Shown here piece after piece: positions 12,757 through 26,372 of a DNA stretch of 64,000 nt (the first letter of the stretch is position 1; every line of letters starts with the position of its first letter). The position numbers and the translations under genes were made by a program. This stretch comes from Octopus vulgaris (taxonomy: Eukaryota): the NCBI GenBank assembly GCA_951406725.2, contig OX597834.1, positions 11,780,001-11,844,000 of the forward strand, given 5' to 3'. Below the pieces are notes generated by a model. That model searched no databases and was not told where the DNA came from. It saw only the letters and a list, made by a program, of their open reading frames with translations.

Positions 12757-13045
12757 TGTATATATATATATATATATATACAGACATATATATATATATA
12801 TGCACATATATATATGCATATATATACACATATATATATGCATATATATATATATACACATATATATATACATACATATATATATGCATACATATATATA
12901 CACATATATACATACATACATATATATATATGCATATATATATATACACATATATATACACATATATATATATACACACATATATATACACATATATATA
13001 TATAAATACACATATATATGTACACACATACACACACACATATAT

Positions 13046-13088
<43 letters not shown>

Positions 13089-13090
13089 TG

Positions 13091-13120
<30 letters not shown>
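12757..13120. repeat. compound TA/CA microsatellite
   Basis: Direct reading. Confidence 0.95.
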
Positions 13121-13121
<1 letters not shown>

Positions 13122-14198
13122 CTAACACACAGAAACACACACGCACATCCATTCGAAACACCCGAAGAAAATCTACACATTCGATCGCCAAGTGCAAAGA
13201 GAGAATCCATCATACTCAAAACATGCACAACAATTTGAAAGTGAATTTGGAAATAGAAACCGGATCGTTACACATATGTCTGCTCCATCAAATCAACGCA
13301 TATATGCGATTCATCAGCAGAAAATTGGAAACGAAGACAAAAGTCAACACCTTTCAAACTATGTATCTAACATGTGTTAGGCTGCTGGTCTTAAGATTAT
13401 AAAATCGTGGGTTCTATACTATGATTGGGAGGCATTTTCTGTACTTGGATATAATACATCAGTTTAGCTTCTACCACAAAACTCCACAAAATGATTAGTG
13501 TTCTAGCGTAGGAGCAGAACTCTCCTGACCCCCGCTTCCGGGACATTCATATCTCGCTTTACTAGTTTGTAGCAATGACTGATCTAGCATCTGGAATAAT
13601 TAGACAGGGCTACAGATTAAGAATTCCATAAACATTTCCAAGTGATGCCGAAATTAATTATCTACACACACATACAATCATATATGCATTTAATCCCAAA
13701 TACACACATACACATATAAATAATATGAATAGATATGTTCATGCAAACATACATATATGTGTGTGTGTGGGTGTGTGTGGGTGTGTGTCTATCAGGTTGT
13801 GTGAACGTGTCTTCCTATGTATCCAAATTTTGGTATGGGTATTTATAGCAATGTACGTATATACATACATACACAAATACATGCACACACATACACACCC
13901 ATACATATGTATAGTTCTGAGTTTAGGTACGGGCATGCTTAGGTGCATGCATAGATACGTAAATTCACGCACACACATTTATACACACACACGTATATAC
14001 ATATATATACACACATGCACATACATATATATACACACACATATATGATCAATTATTATTATAATCATTATTATTTTTATCATTATTATATTGCAAAACT
14101 TAATGTTTCGTAGGATCCCTACAAAACCCCATCTCGTGCAGGCTAAGATTGAGTGACTTCTGCTCATTGACTACTTAATTGCATATATAAATGTATAT

Positions 14199-14281
<83 letters not shown>

Positions 14282-14988
14282 TACATACATATCTATATAT
14301 AAGTATGTATGTTTGTACGTGCACATATATATCTTTTGCAGGTTCGAATGATTACACTGCGGTCACGATGGGGCACTACGCTGAAGAATCCTCTTTCACT
14401 CGATGTGTGTGCATATATATATATATATATATATGCATGTATGTATGTGTGTGTGTGTGTATGTGTTAGTGTATATATATATATATACATATCTTTGCAC
14501 ACGTGTGTAGTTAACTATAAATATATCTTTGGCTTTTTTTTTCTTTTTACCAAACTGTTTCTCAAATTTCATTTATGTCACTGGTATTCCATGATTCTCT
14601 GAACCAGGAATGTAATATGAAAGCAGAATTCTCTCTCACAGTCATCGTCAGTTAATATTACTTTCAGTGAAATTAGAGACAGTTTTGTAATGAGTGAATC
14701 GATATTCCCTTTAACAAAAGATCAAATACTTTACTTTCAGTGTGTTTGGCTATGAATGAATATATTTATGTGAGTGCGTGCATGTGTGTGCATACGTGAG
14801 TATATACTTACACACGCACATATGCATAGTGTGACACGAAGAGACATAAATATAAATATGTATGAATGTATATATGTACGTGTGCTTTTCTCTATCTCTA
14901 TCTATTCATCTATATATCTACATATTTATCTATCAGTCTATCCATCTACCGATCTTTCTCTATGTCTCTCCCTCTCTCCGCTCTCAAC

Positions 14989-15021
<33 letters not shown>

Positions 15022-15060
15022 TATATATATATATATAAAAATGTACATATACATATAATT

Positions 15061-15092
<32 letters not shown>

Positions 15093-15162
15093 CATACATA
15101 CATAGATATATAAATACATACATATATACATGTACATATTTATATGTATATATATATTCATG

Positions 15163-15198
<36 letters not shown>

Positions 15199-15569
15199 TA
15201 TATTCATATGTAAATGAATATGTCTGTTCCTCTCTATACACGATACTACTTTGAGCAAGCAGTCTCGTAAACATCTATGTTCTAAACGCACCCCTTTCAA
15301 GTACATACTATATAGACAGTAACAGAAATATAAAATCCCATTATATACACATTTAGACAAAATATCCGCCAGCGCATGTTTCTAAGTATGCGCCATATTG
15401 CTTTATTTTATGGCTTTATTCCATCAGTTATGAATTTTGCATTCACTTCTTGTGTCTCGTTATACAACTCGTTAGACCACATGTCGTTTCATATATACGT
15501 ACATGCATATGAAAATACATACATGCTTGGCTACAAAAAGGATACGTATATATATATATATATATATAC

Positions 15570-16115
15570 ATATATATATTATAATGTATATATAATATAC
15601 ATACATATATATACAGATAAATACACGCACACACTGATATGATTTTATATAAATATATATATATATTATAATGTATATATAATATACATACATATATACA
15701 GATAAATACACGCACACACTGATATGATTTTATATAAAAATATATATATATATTATAATGTATATATAATATACATACATATATACAGATAAATACACGC
15801 ACACACTGATATGATTTTATATAAAAATATATATATATATTATAATGTATATATAATATACATACATATATACACATAAATACACGCACACACTGATATG
15901 ATTTTATATAAATATATATATATATATATTATAATGTATATATAATATACATACATACATACACACATATATACAGATAAATACACGCACACACTGATAT
16001 GATTATATATATCAATATATATATATATATATATTATAATGTATATATAATATATATATACATATATACACATAAATACACGCACGCACTGATATGATTA
16101 TATATATATATATAA
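15570..16115. repeat. ~87-bp minisatellite, 6 copies, with variable TA spacers
   Basis: ttataatgtata...ataaatacacgcacacactgatatgatt recurs at about 15579, 15666, 15753, 15840, 15929 and 16034. Confidence 0.92.
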
Positions 16116-16838
16116 TTATATATGTATATACACAGAGAGTGGTCATAGAGCAACGCACGGATTTTCAAAATGGTATACACCCACAAATTGTTATATATGT
16201 TATGGAGAACTTGTGTGTGTATATGTGCGCGAGAATGTTTTGTCGTGAGTGTTACGTTTAGATGTTTATTAATGTTGCGCTCTTCCCATATTAATGTGTA
16301 TGGCGAATTAATTATGTACAAAGCAGTGGGCATATGGAGTAGTTAAATGTAATACTGACATTTATTATTCCATCGCGACATGACAAATTGCCCCATTCAT
16401 TTATGGTTATGTATACATGCGTGCTTGTGTGTGTCGGTGCGTGTGATTGTACGTGTGTATGTGCGTGGTTATGTGTGTGTGTTTGTGCGTGTGCGTCTAG
16501 GTTGTAACTTTTATGAGTGTGTATATATATTTGCTGCCAGCTAAACATATGTAATTTTGCACTTTATTCAGGTAACGGCCGACATTTTTACGTATATTCT
16601 TTTACTGTATAGACTGGGAAGACAGAGCTTCAAATTCTTCACAATATACATATGTGAACATTTGTTAATGATAACACTTTTGGGGGGAAAATACTCCACC
16701 TATTTCTAATTATGGTTATTCGCATGACCTGCGTCCCCTTCGGGTTTATGTTACGGAGTGTACTTATAAATGCACATCCATACAAAGGCACACATTTACA
16801 CGCACACACACCACAAACACAGTATACGCATACACACA

Positions 16839-16896
<58 letters not shown>

Positions 16897-16900
<4 letters not shown>

Positions 16901-17095
16901 AAAAAGTGTAAGACAATAAAAGAATGAAAGAGACCTCGATATTATGTAAATAGAGGAATTATTCTGTAAATCTAATATGTGACATTTATTCTGTAGTATT
17001 TTTCCGATGGCCGGATAACTGAAGAGATGGCGGCGTGGATTTCCACCTTGGCATCTGAAACTCGGAGATTTATCATGGTTACCCAATAATTGTCA
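16897..17095 (+). mobile_element. (TA)n-embedded Penelope-like fragment with hammerhead (17009-17080)
   Basis: ggataa CTGAAGA gatg...catc t GAAA ctc-g-gag at ttatc; U16.1 is mutated. Homologous to 29546-29617. Confidence 0.65.
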
Positions 17096-17112
17096 TATAT
17101 ATATATATATAT

Positions 17113-17332
17113 AAGGAAAGTTTACGAAAAAAACAAAAGACGAAGACAGGTGGTGTACAATACGAACAGATGTATTAGTAAAACGCTCAGGAATAGAAAA
17201 AGTGTTTTACGTTTCGAGCCTGCGCTCTTCTACAGAAAGGGACACGGAAAAAACAAGGAGAGAAAAAAAAAACAAAGAGAGAAAAAGGGAGAGAAAAATG
17301 TATGTTGTGGCTAACGATCTATCATGGCGACT
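17113..17332 (-). mobile_element. (TA)n-embedded Penelope-like fragment, cctgagcg family, with hammerhead-like motif 17205-17238
   Basis: Reverse complement: ttt CTGTAGA agagc-gca-ggctc GAAACGTA aaa. Homologous to 39134-39292. Confidence 0.7.
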
Positions 17333-18158
17333 ATATATATATATATATATATATTCAAATATGCATTATATCTGTGTGTATGTAGGAGTGTTGTCTGTGT
17401 ATTCAGATATGAATTCACATGCATATTGTAAATGGAGGTCTTGCGAATCGAAACTATGTTTTCTATGACGTCACTGATATTAAGGAGAATCGTGACAAAA
17501 AATATAAAAAGTAAGTGTTTGTTACCAAATTAAAATGTTTAGTCAAGTGTTAATTGGATTCCAAGACAACGAGTAAGTAGATAAGATAAGATAGTGAATC
17601 TTTATATTCAGTTCAACTAATATATAAATCTTTTCACATAGATATACGTCTCTTAAATGCAAAATATAAATGAATACGGGAGAGGAAGTAGTTTATATAT
17701 GTAGTTAGTTTTGATATAAATTTAGCACATAACTGATGGAGGTTTTATATCAACGTATTTCTGTTTATTGGAAATTCATCACTTAGGAAATATTCTGTTT
17801 TTGTCAGCTGGGACCTGTAAGCTATCAATAAATATAGAATGAATGGGCGTCAAGAAATCATCTATTTTGAACTTTTGCGCAAAATGAACATCTGTAATAC
17901 TTCTCTGAAATATACATTCAACAACTTTTATAACCATTTAATATAGGGAGGGTGTGAACTATAGTAAACATTGCATAGGAATTCATTTCTTGGTAATTTA
18001 TTTAATCAATTGGGAACTACGACGATGAGATAATATTTGAGCACAAATTCATGGTCGGAAGATGGATGCAATTTCAAATATCGGGAGATAGTTTTCGTAG
18101 GTTTGTTCTTAGAACTTATTCAGTTTTATACTGGCAACGAATATTGTGATGCTGAAGT

Positions 18159-18388
18159 CGGCGGGGTGGCAGGAACGTTAGCACGCCGGGCGACATGCGT
18201 AGTCCTATTTCGTATGCCGCTACGTTCTGAGTTCAAATTCCGTCGAGGTCGACTTTGCCTTTCATCCTTTCGGGGTCTATTAAATAAATTCCAGTTACGC
18301 ACTGGGGGTCGATATAATCGACTTAATCCGTTTGTCTGTCCTTGTTTATCCTCTCTGTGTTCAGCCCCTTGTGGGTAGTAAAGAAATA
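18159..18388 (+). mobile_element. tRNA-derived SINE, family A (Meta-domain-like)
   Basis: Head with B box gagttcaaattcc; central gcctttcatcctttcggggtc..taaat..(a)gt resembles the MetaSINE domain; tail gggtagtaaagaaata. Confidence 0.88.
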
Positions 18389-18408
18389 TGTATTTCATCT
18401 GTCTCTAA

Positions 18409-18788
18409 AGGCGGCGAGCTGTCAGAAACTTTAGCACGCTGGGCGAAATGCGTAGCCCTGTTTCGTCTGCCGTTACGTTCTGAGTTCAAATTCCGCCGAG
18501 GTCGACTTTGCCTTTCATCCTTTCGGGGTCTATTAAATAAGTACCAGTTACGCACTGGGGTCGATATAATCGACTTAATCCGTTTGTCTGTCCTTGTTTT
18601 TCCTCTCTGTGTTTAGTAAAGAAATAGGTATTTCGTCTGTCTTGACGTTCTGAGTTCAAACTCCACCGATGACGACTTTGCAATTTGGGGTCGATAAATT
18701 AAGTACCTGTTGCGTACTGGGGTCAATCTAATCGACTGGCCTCTTCCCCCAGAATTTCGGGCCTGTGTTCCTAAAGTAGAAAAGAATA
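18409..18788 (+). mobile_element. SINE family A dimer (full unit plus headless unit with alternative tail)
   Basis: Junction agtaaagaaata|ggtatttcgtc at about 18626. Confidence 0.85.
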
Positions 18789-18802
18789 TTGTGACGTTAT
18801 TT

Positions 18803-19010
18803 TTGTTTAATTACAAATAATTCTTCTCGTGATAATCTATTTTGAATTTATGTTCTTAGACACATTCGTCTCAAAACTAGTCTAACAATAAAAGGAATTG
18901 CTTTTCGACAACATGGCCCTAACCGAAAACATCAAATTCGGAGAAATATTGAAAGATCTTTACATTATTTCTGGTTGTATCCGCAGGTTTTGGCTAATCT
19001 ATGGCGAAAA
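18803..19010 (+). repeat. dispersed repeat, copy 1 (copy 2 at 24413-24608)
   Basis: Shared ttcttctcgtgataat...agacacattcgtctcaaaact...cttttcgacaacat..ccctaaccgaaaacatcaaattcggagaaa...gctaatctatggcgaaaa. Confidence 0.85.
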
Positions 19011-19135
19011 GAGAGAAATATATTGGTTTGTATGTGTGAATACACACACAAATTCACACACTCCTACGCAAACACACATACACACACACACACGCACAAA
19101 CACACATATATAATTACATATATATTTGTATACAT

Positions 19136-19325
19136 AGACGAGGGTGTACCTAGAAGAAAACTGAAATTTTGCAATATTATTTCCTTCGCTTAGTTTTACA
19201 TGTTTTCACTTTTATCTCCTGGAAAGTATTTTCCATTTGAAGCAAGGTATCGGTCCAAACGCATTTACCAAATTTGGAATCAGCACTGGAACTCTTGCGA
19301 ATGATGCCTTTTAACTCCTCCGTCA
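19136..19325 (-). mobile_element. mariner 3' end relic
   Basis: Minus strand TEELKGI..QEFQC*FQIW*MRLDRYLASNGKYFPGDK, then a TIR-like end (acgagggtgtacc on +). Confidence 0.7.
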
Positions 19326-20148
19326 TTTCATCTCTTGGCTATTAATTCTGCCATGAAGGGAAACCATTAAGCCGGCGGATTTCCAAGATATAGCTCCCCA
19401 GATCATCACAGATCCTCTTCTATGTTTATCAGTTGGAAGAAGGCACTCTGGGTCAAATGATTCTTTTGACTGTCTCCACACGTATTCTCGACCGGTGGTT
19501 TGAAATAAGGTAAAGAATGACTCTTCCACTGCTCTAGGGACCAATTCTTTAGGATTTTACTTCACTCTAAGCGCTTTACAACGTTAGTTTTCGAAAGTTG
19601 AGGTTTTCGGATTGCAGCCCACCCGTGGAATCCAGCTCTGTACAGCTCCCGGCGAACAGTTTTTGCGAAAACTGAGTTCTCGAGGTTGTCATTAAGCTCT
19701 GCAGTAATTTTGGAAGCAGTACTTTTGCGATCCTCTCTAACAATTCGTGTAAGAATCCAACGGTCCCTATCTGAAAGTTTTGGTTTTCTTCCGGTGTTTT
19801 GTTCGACGAGGAGGTTTTTCACTCTTTCTCAAAGACTCTCATTACTTTCGAGATAGTACTTCTTGAAACACCAAACATTTCGGGTGTTTTCGTTATGCTA
19901 ACGCCTGCCATACGAGCACCAACAAACAGACCTCTTTGAAAGTCCAATACATATGCAATTTTAATAAATTTTTATTACCTTTTTCTAACGATATCTGAAA
20001 ACAAACAGACATTTTAGCAAAACGTATTAAGCAAGCCTAATAATGTATCAAAACACATAAAAATAAACAAGCTTCTGAGGGTTTCATACATATTCCCAAA
20101 TTATGATGCTATGATGCTTGGTGTTTCCATTATTTTGTCCAACTCCTG
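19326..20148 (-). mobile_element. Tc1-like transposon, 5' portion (pseudogenised transposase)
   Basis: TIR ta-caggagttggacaaaataatggaaacacc. Translation DFQRG..VGARMAGVSITKT..FGVSRSTISKV...GRKPKLSDRD..LTRIVR...TVRRELYRAGFHG..AIRKP...ES.F.LF..TGR.YVWR...GSVMIWGAIS. Confidence 0.92.
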
Positions 20149-20354
20149 TACTTTTAAAGCATAAATCTATAAATAACAACATGTTAACTTGTATTTAAAA
20201 ATCCTTTCGGATGCTAAAATATTGACGGCTTCCAGTGAGACACGAATCAACAACTCCTGTAGATATTATTGGCGTTCTTCCATTGAGCAGTCTTTGAAAA
20301 GCTTTATATCATATTGACACACATATTTATAAATTCATGTTCCATTGGGATCCA

Positions 20355-20387
<33 letters not shown>

Positions 20388-20393
<6 letters not shown>

Positions 20394-20798
20394 ATTATTT
20401 ATCATGTATATATAGGCATTCAGAACTAATTATATACATAAACATCCATGCGTGTGTGTATATATATATATATATATATACAATTATTTATCATGTATAT
20501 ATAGGCACTCAGAAATAATAATATACATAAACATCCATGCGTATATATATGTATATAATATATACATACAATTATTTATAACGTATATATAGGCACTCTC
20601 TTTTACTTGTTTCAGTCATTTGACTGCGGCCATGCTGGAGTACCGCCTTTAGTCGAGCAAATCGACCCCGGGACTTATTCTTTGTAAGCCCAGTACTTAT
20701 TATATCGGTCTCTTTTGCCGAACCGCTAAGTGACGGGGACGTAAACACACCAGCATCGGTTGTCAAGCAATGCTAGGGGGACAAACACAGACGCACAC

Positions 20799-20848
<50 letters not shown>

Positions 20849-21130
20849 TTACGACAGGCTTCTTTCAGTTTCCATCTACCAAATCCACTCACAAGGCATT
20901 GGTCAGCCCGGGGCTATAGCAGAAGAAACTTGCCCAAGATGCCACGCAGTGGGACTGAACCCGGAAGCATGTGGTTGGTTAGCAAGCTACTTATCACACA
21001 GCCACTCCTGCGCCTCAGATATAATTATATACATAAACATCCATGCGTATATATATGTATATATACAATTATTTAACACGTATATATAGGCACTCAGAAA
21101 TAATTATATACATAAACATTCCTGCGTATA
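20388..21130. repeat. minisatellite (acaattattta..tgtatatataggcactcagaaataattatatacataaacatccatgcgt) split by a SINE
   Basis: Units start near 20390, 20480, 20568 and 21065; the third is interrupted at cactc|ag. Confidence 0.8.
20597..21015 (-). mobile_element. SINE family B, full length
   Basis: ctcttttacttgtttcagtcatttgactgcggcc ... cagccactcctgcgcct. Confidence 0.92.
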
Positions 21131-21329
21131 TATATATTTATTTATTTACTTATTTATTTATACGCAGGGAGGCCTTTCTTTGTGAATACTTTGTTGCCAC
21201 ACAGAAAATTCTTTCTGAGATGTTTCTGTTCAGAGACCGAGATTCTTCAGATATGCAAACATTTTCACTCGCAGCATTTTAATGCCGTTTGTCTTTTTTG
21301 GTAGGATGCGTCGAATGGATATGACGCAA

Positions 21330-21790
21330 CATTCAATCGATCTAGCACCTGCATTGATAATGTTTTCTGGAGCGGTGGAAACGGTAAATATGCTTATTGA
21401 TGTGGACATTTCTGCTGGAATTCTATAGATTTAAGCTTTAAACATCAACGGCTCGGATCGTATCTAGCTTTCATTTGAGCAACCCAAGTATTTTAATCTT
21501 TTGTAATATAGAGGATACATGTTCAGATATTGATTTCTTTCAAGCAAATGGCTTTGAAGAACGTATATTTTATCCAGGCATTACATCCAGTTTTGAAGTA
21601 CTTCATATAATAGTTACCAGGATAAGTTAGTAGTTATATCATCCTGTACTAGCATTCATCGTCTGTTCTGCAGGAAGCAATCACATCCACAATTGTGATG
21701 CGGTAGAAAGGCGTCTGGTATTTCATTTCAGATGAGGGCAACATTTATCCTGTCCAAGGTTCACCACTGTCTCCTTTGCACATCATAAAT
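21330..21790 (-). pseudogene. possible very decayed RTE-like reverse transcriptase fragment
   Basis: Minus-strand remnants MLVQDDI (YADD-like) and LKYLG, in the expected order and spacing, with many stops and frameshifts. Confidence 0.4.
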
Positions 21791-22210
21791 TTGTTTTCAT
21801 ACGATTCCTATTTTGGATATATATTTTCCCGCTGTTCAAAAAGTGGGATCCTATTCTTTTCCCGTGAACCAGATAAGTTCATGTAATATTTCTTCAACGC
21901 AATATATAAGGGGTTTTATGTGTAAACAATTTTACAGACAAACAATTTCAGTTTTACTATCGCCATAGTTTGTCGTACGAAACTTATGCGTAAGAAAAAG
22001 ACAATTTGCTCCGTGGCTTGATTACTATAGTTAGAAAATTGATCAAACACAAAAACATTTGACAAGTACTCTATCTTTTCAACTCGGATGAGAACCAAAA
22101 CAATGTTAGTCCCGGTGGAATTGGGGCCCAGAAAGATGAGCCGACTACTTTAACTTTTCGATGCATAACATGATTCATGTTCTTATATTCGATGGTAAAT
22201 ATTGTTGTTT

Positions 22211-22489
22211 GTTCCTTCTCGAGCCACACCTGGTTCATAGGGTCGGTTTCCCGGGCGAATAGGTTCCCCACGTTGACGGGACTCCGGTCCGTCGCAGGTG
22301 AGGTGCAAGATGCAGGAGGAAAGAGTGGGAGAAAGTTGTGGCGTAAAAGTCAGCAGAAGTTCGCCATTACCTTCTGCCGGAGCTTAGGTGTTTTCGCTCA
22401 TAAACACACACATCGCCAGCTCTGAGATTCGAAAGCATGAACCCTCGGCTGCGAGTCCGCTGCTCTAACCACTAGGCCATGTGCCTCCA
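22211..22489 (-). mobile_element. SINE family C (tail type 1)
   Basis: Head and body as at 908-1203; tail ggtcggtttcccgg is shared with that copy. Confidence 0.85.
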
Positions 22490-23040
22490 TTGATGGTAAA
22501 TATACTATAAACAAATTAAAGAGAAAAATCAAATGCCTCACTAGCGAGGTTCGAGCTCAAGAAATAGAATTTTATAACAAAATACTGTAGGGCGCTTGCG
22601 TTTCACAACTCCCCAATTTTGATACCTGGGTCAGTCTTAATGCAGAACCCTTCAATAGATAAAGGAAGCTGTTTTTCTCTCACAAGGGAACTACAAAATT
22701 TCGCCTGATCAACGAGAAATAACAAGAAAAATAAGTCATCTCATATTTTTTGAATAGAAACAATCCAAATGTATGTGGTGGATACATAAAGCCATAAACA
22801 CAATCAAAGGTATTGTTCTGCATCATATTTAATCAAACCTGACCTGGCTTCTAGCAGCAGGATGCCCTAACAGCACAACTGTCCTAACGGATTACGGCAA
22901 ATAAAGGCAAAAGTTATGCCTTGCCTTCTAAGTTTTAATGTAAAATTTTGGTAGCAGCAACCATTTTTCTCTTAACAAACGTACTTAGTAATATCTGAAG
23001 TAAAACTTAATAAGTAAGTCAGAGCAGCTTGAAATACGTG

Positions 23041-23091
<51 letters not shown>

Positions 23092-23154
23092 GTGTGTGTA
23101 TGTATATATACACACGTGTGCTAATGTGTGTTTGTGTATACATATATATGTATG

Positions 23155-23187
<33 letters not shown>

Positions 23188-24412
23188 CATGTGTGCTCAT
23201 GTATGTGTGTGTTAATGTATATATTCATATATATATGCACGCATATATGTGTGTGATCGTGTATGTAGAAATAGATATGGAAGGTTTATAGACAGGTATT
23301 GTTCCATCCCGTTTCATTAGTCAAAATTTGTTTCTAGCTGACATCTACAAAGCTGAGGTCAATAGGAAAAATCATTCCACAAATTTTAAATGCAAATAAC
23401 AAATCTCATGGATAAAAACGAAATTACAAAACACAAGTAAATACGTATAATATATATAGAATCGAACCAATTTGAAATATCATTCAATTTTGTGAGGAAT
23501 GATATTAGAAATTTCAAAAAATAAACTAGGAGCAACGTTCATTAGTAAAAGTTCAAAGACGGAGGCGTTTGCATGTATGGTTTTTTGTTCTTTTTTATTT
23601 TTCATATTTTTTTTACACGAATTTTAGTATATGTGTATGTATGTATGTGTAAATATTCAATTTGTGCCTGTCTAACTGCTTGTATTCTTTCGTGAATGAC
23701 AGTCGATGGGTAGACGTGTTTGTGTAGTCGGGCGTTATGTATTACTTTTGAGAGTTTAATAGCGAAATATCAAAGGTTGTTGACCTTTTGGAGAATGTTA
23801 TTAAAAAAAAAATTGTGTTGAACAGAGAACATACCGCAAACACGCAATCGCCTAACGGCATAAAATAGGTGAGACGCGTATTAAGTGAGAATCGAATTTT
23901 TAAAAATCCAATAGAGCGATTCGCACACACATCCAAGTACACTCAAAGACACGCGCACACTTGTACGAAACACGTACACTAAAGCAGACATACACACAAA
24001 CGTACACACGTTTACACAACTACACATCCAAAATATTTTACAAGGACATTATGTCAAAGAAAAAAATTTCGATTCACACCATATGCAAATTTTGAAGCGT
24101 TGAAACGAAGACTCATGCCACGAGAGTTGTTTAAAGGTGCAAATGTCGTGAAATCAATAACATCGAAATGAGGGCAGCAATGCAGCGTATAAGTTAGAAA
24201 CGAATTCCAATTATATTCCGAATACGAAGCATATGGATACACAACTACTTAATAATCAGGTAGAGACACTGTGACATACACAGACTCACTACAGAGAGAC
24301 ATGAAATGAAACGGAAGTGCAATTCTTCATATCTAACATCGGGTATTGCAGAGAGTATTCAACAAATTTACACTGAATGCCATTCGCAATATCAACAGCA
24401 CAGCTTTCAGCC

Positions 24413-24608
24413 TTGTTTAATTACTATTTATTCTTCTCGTGATAATTAGTTTTGAATTCATGTTCTCAGACACATTCGTCTCAAAACTGATGTTACAATG
24501 CAAATAATGGCTTTTCGACAACATATCCCTAACCGAAAACATCAAATTCGGAGAAACATTGGGAAATCTTTACATTATCCACAAGTCTTAGCTAATCTAT
24601 GGCGAAAA
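24413..24608 (+). repeat. dispersed repeat, copy 2 (copy 1 at 18803-19010)
   Basis: See copy 1. Confidence 0.85.
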
Positions 24609-25046
24609 CCTCCCATGCATTCTAGAAAGTAATAATGACTCAGGCAATTATGTATACATCATTGTAAAATGCTGTCTGCCTGTCTCTCTCTCTCTCCCAA
24701 TGACACATAAACACTCACATCACAGACACTCACTTGCATTCCCTCTGTTTCTCTCTCTCTCACCTTTCCCATTATTGAATGGCATTTCTAAAGAGCCCAC
24801 AACCACCCTACAAAAAGAGCGATAGCATCCTCTTATAAACTGTAATTTTACTGCCAGAATTTGGATGTGCCAAGGAGTAAAACGGATTCACTAATGTGAT
24901 TTTTGTTTTATCTGTAGATATAGAAAGAAACAAATACATAAATAAAATAATCATAACGTTCACTAAAAGAAAACAAATATTTACAGTGTTTCTTTTGTAC
25001 CAGGTTTTTAATTTTACCCGCCACATGTCTTTAATATTTATATATT

Positions 25047-25211
25047 AGGAGTGGCTGTGTGGTAAGTAGCTTGCTTAGCAATTACATGGTTCCGGGTTCA
25101 GTTCCACTGCGTGGCACCTTGGACAAGTGTATTCTACTATAGGCTCGGGCCGACCAAAGCCTTGTGAGTGGACTTGGTAGACGGAAACAGAAAGAAGACC
25201 GTCGTATATAA

Positions 25212-25289
<78 letters not shown>

Positions 25290-25538
25290 GTGTGTATGTG
25301 TGTGTATATGTATGTATGTGTGTGTATATGTTTGTGTGTCTACGTTAGTTTTCCCAACATCGCTTGACAACCGATGGTGGTGTGCTTACGTCACCGTAGC
25401 ATAGCAGTTCAGCAAAGAAACCGATAGAATAAGTACTAGGCTTACAAAGAATAAGTCCTGGGTTCGATTTGCTCGACTAAAGATGGTGCTTCAGCACGGC
25501 CACAGTCACATAACCGAAAAAAGTAAAAAGAGTAAAAA
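25047..25538 (+). mobile_element. SINE family B, full length
   Basis: Head, (TA)n(TG)n centre and tail all present; flanked by ~59-bp imperfect direct repeats. Confidence 0.92.
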
Positions 25539-26372
25539 GTTTGTTTTTTTTGTTCCTGGTTTTTAATTTTACCCGCCATATGCCTTCAATATTTGTACAT
25601 TTACAAAAGATAATATTTAAACTAGCTAACAAATATTTGGTGCCAACAAAGTAGATAGCCGAATTTGAAATGTTGAAATGAAATACGTTGGGTATTATTC
25701 GAATATGCCATCCAATTGGCATCTTCATTAAGACCAAAATCATCATCATCATCATTATCGCCCTCATCAACGTCGGCTTCATTTTTATTTTCATCTCTGA
25801 TAACAACAATCATAAGTGTTGCAACAAAGCTGTTTTAAACGTTCGTTTTAAAGAAATTACTTCATTTTACTGGTATTTAATAACATGAAATAAAATGTAA
25901 ACGACAATGGCGAAAATAAAAATTAAAAGACGAAGAAAATGTTCAAGAAATATGAGGAATCAAAATGAATCAAACCGAAGGTGGTAAAGCGAATTAGAAA
26001 TAATTTGATTCCAAAGCTGCATTACATTAGTTACTTTGAATGACCGAAACAAATTGATTTTGTCGCGCGTTTCTTTTTTATTATATTTTAAATTAGAAGT
26101 TGTGTCTGTTATTATAGAAGTAATTACTGAAACCATCAACGATACTAATTTAATTTCTATAAAGAAAAAACGCAATTTATAACAAAGATGCAGCTAGTAA
26201 AAAAAAAAAAAAAAAGAAAAAGAAAAAAAAAGCTTTGAATGACCACGTGATCAATAACATTAAGATTGGTGACATTTCATTTAAAGAAACTAATTCGCTA
26301 TAATACATAGCTTGAAACATTTTTTTTTTCTCCCCAAAGTTTCTTTTCAAACAAGAAAATGACATTTAGTTT

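Noticed and set aside
14090-14145. Possible decayed hammerhead on the minus strand (cgaaacattaagtt)
   Set aside because: The core is unrecognisable and stem I does not pair.
15570-16115. CRISPR-like repeat-spacer appearance (also 9028-9586 and 57656-58202)
   Set aside because: Spacers are TA runs or whole units repeat; no unique spacers, no cas genes, eukaryotic context.
25622-25813. Acidic minus-strand ORF (DVDEGDNDDDDDF..W) suggestive of a piggyBac N-terminus
   Set aside because: Driven largely by a (CAT)n repeat; no downstream transposase motifs or TTAA/TIR could be confirmed.
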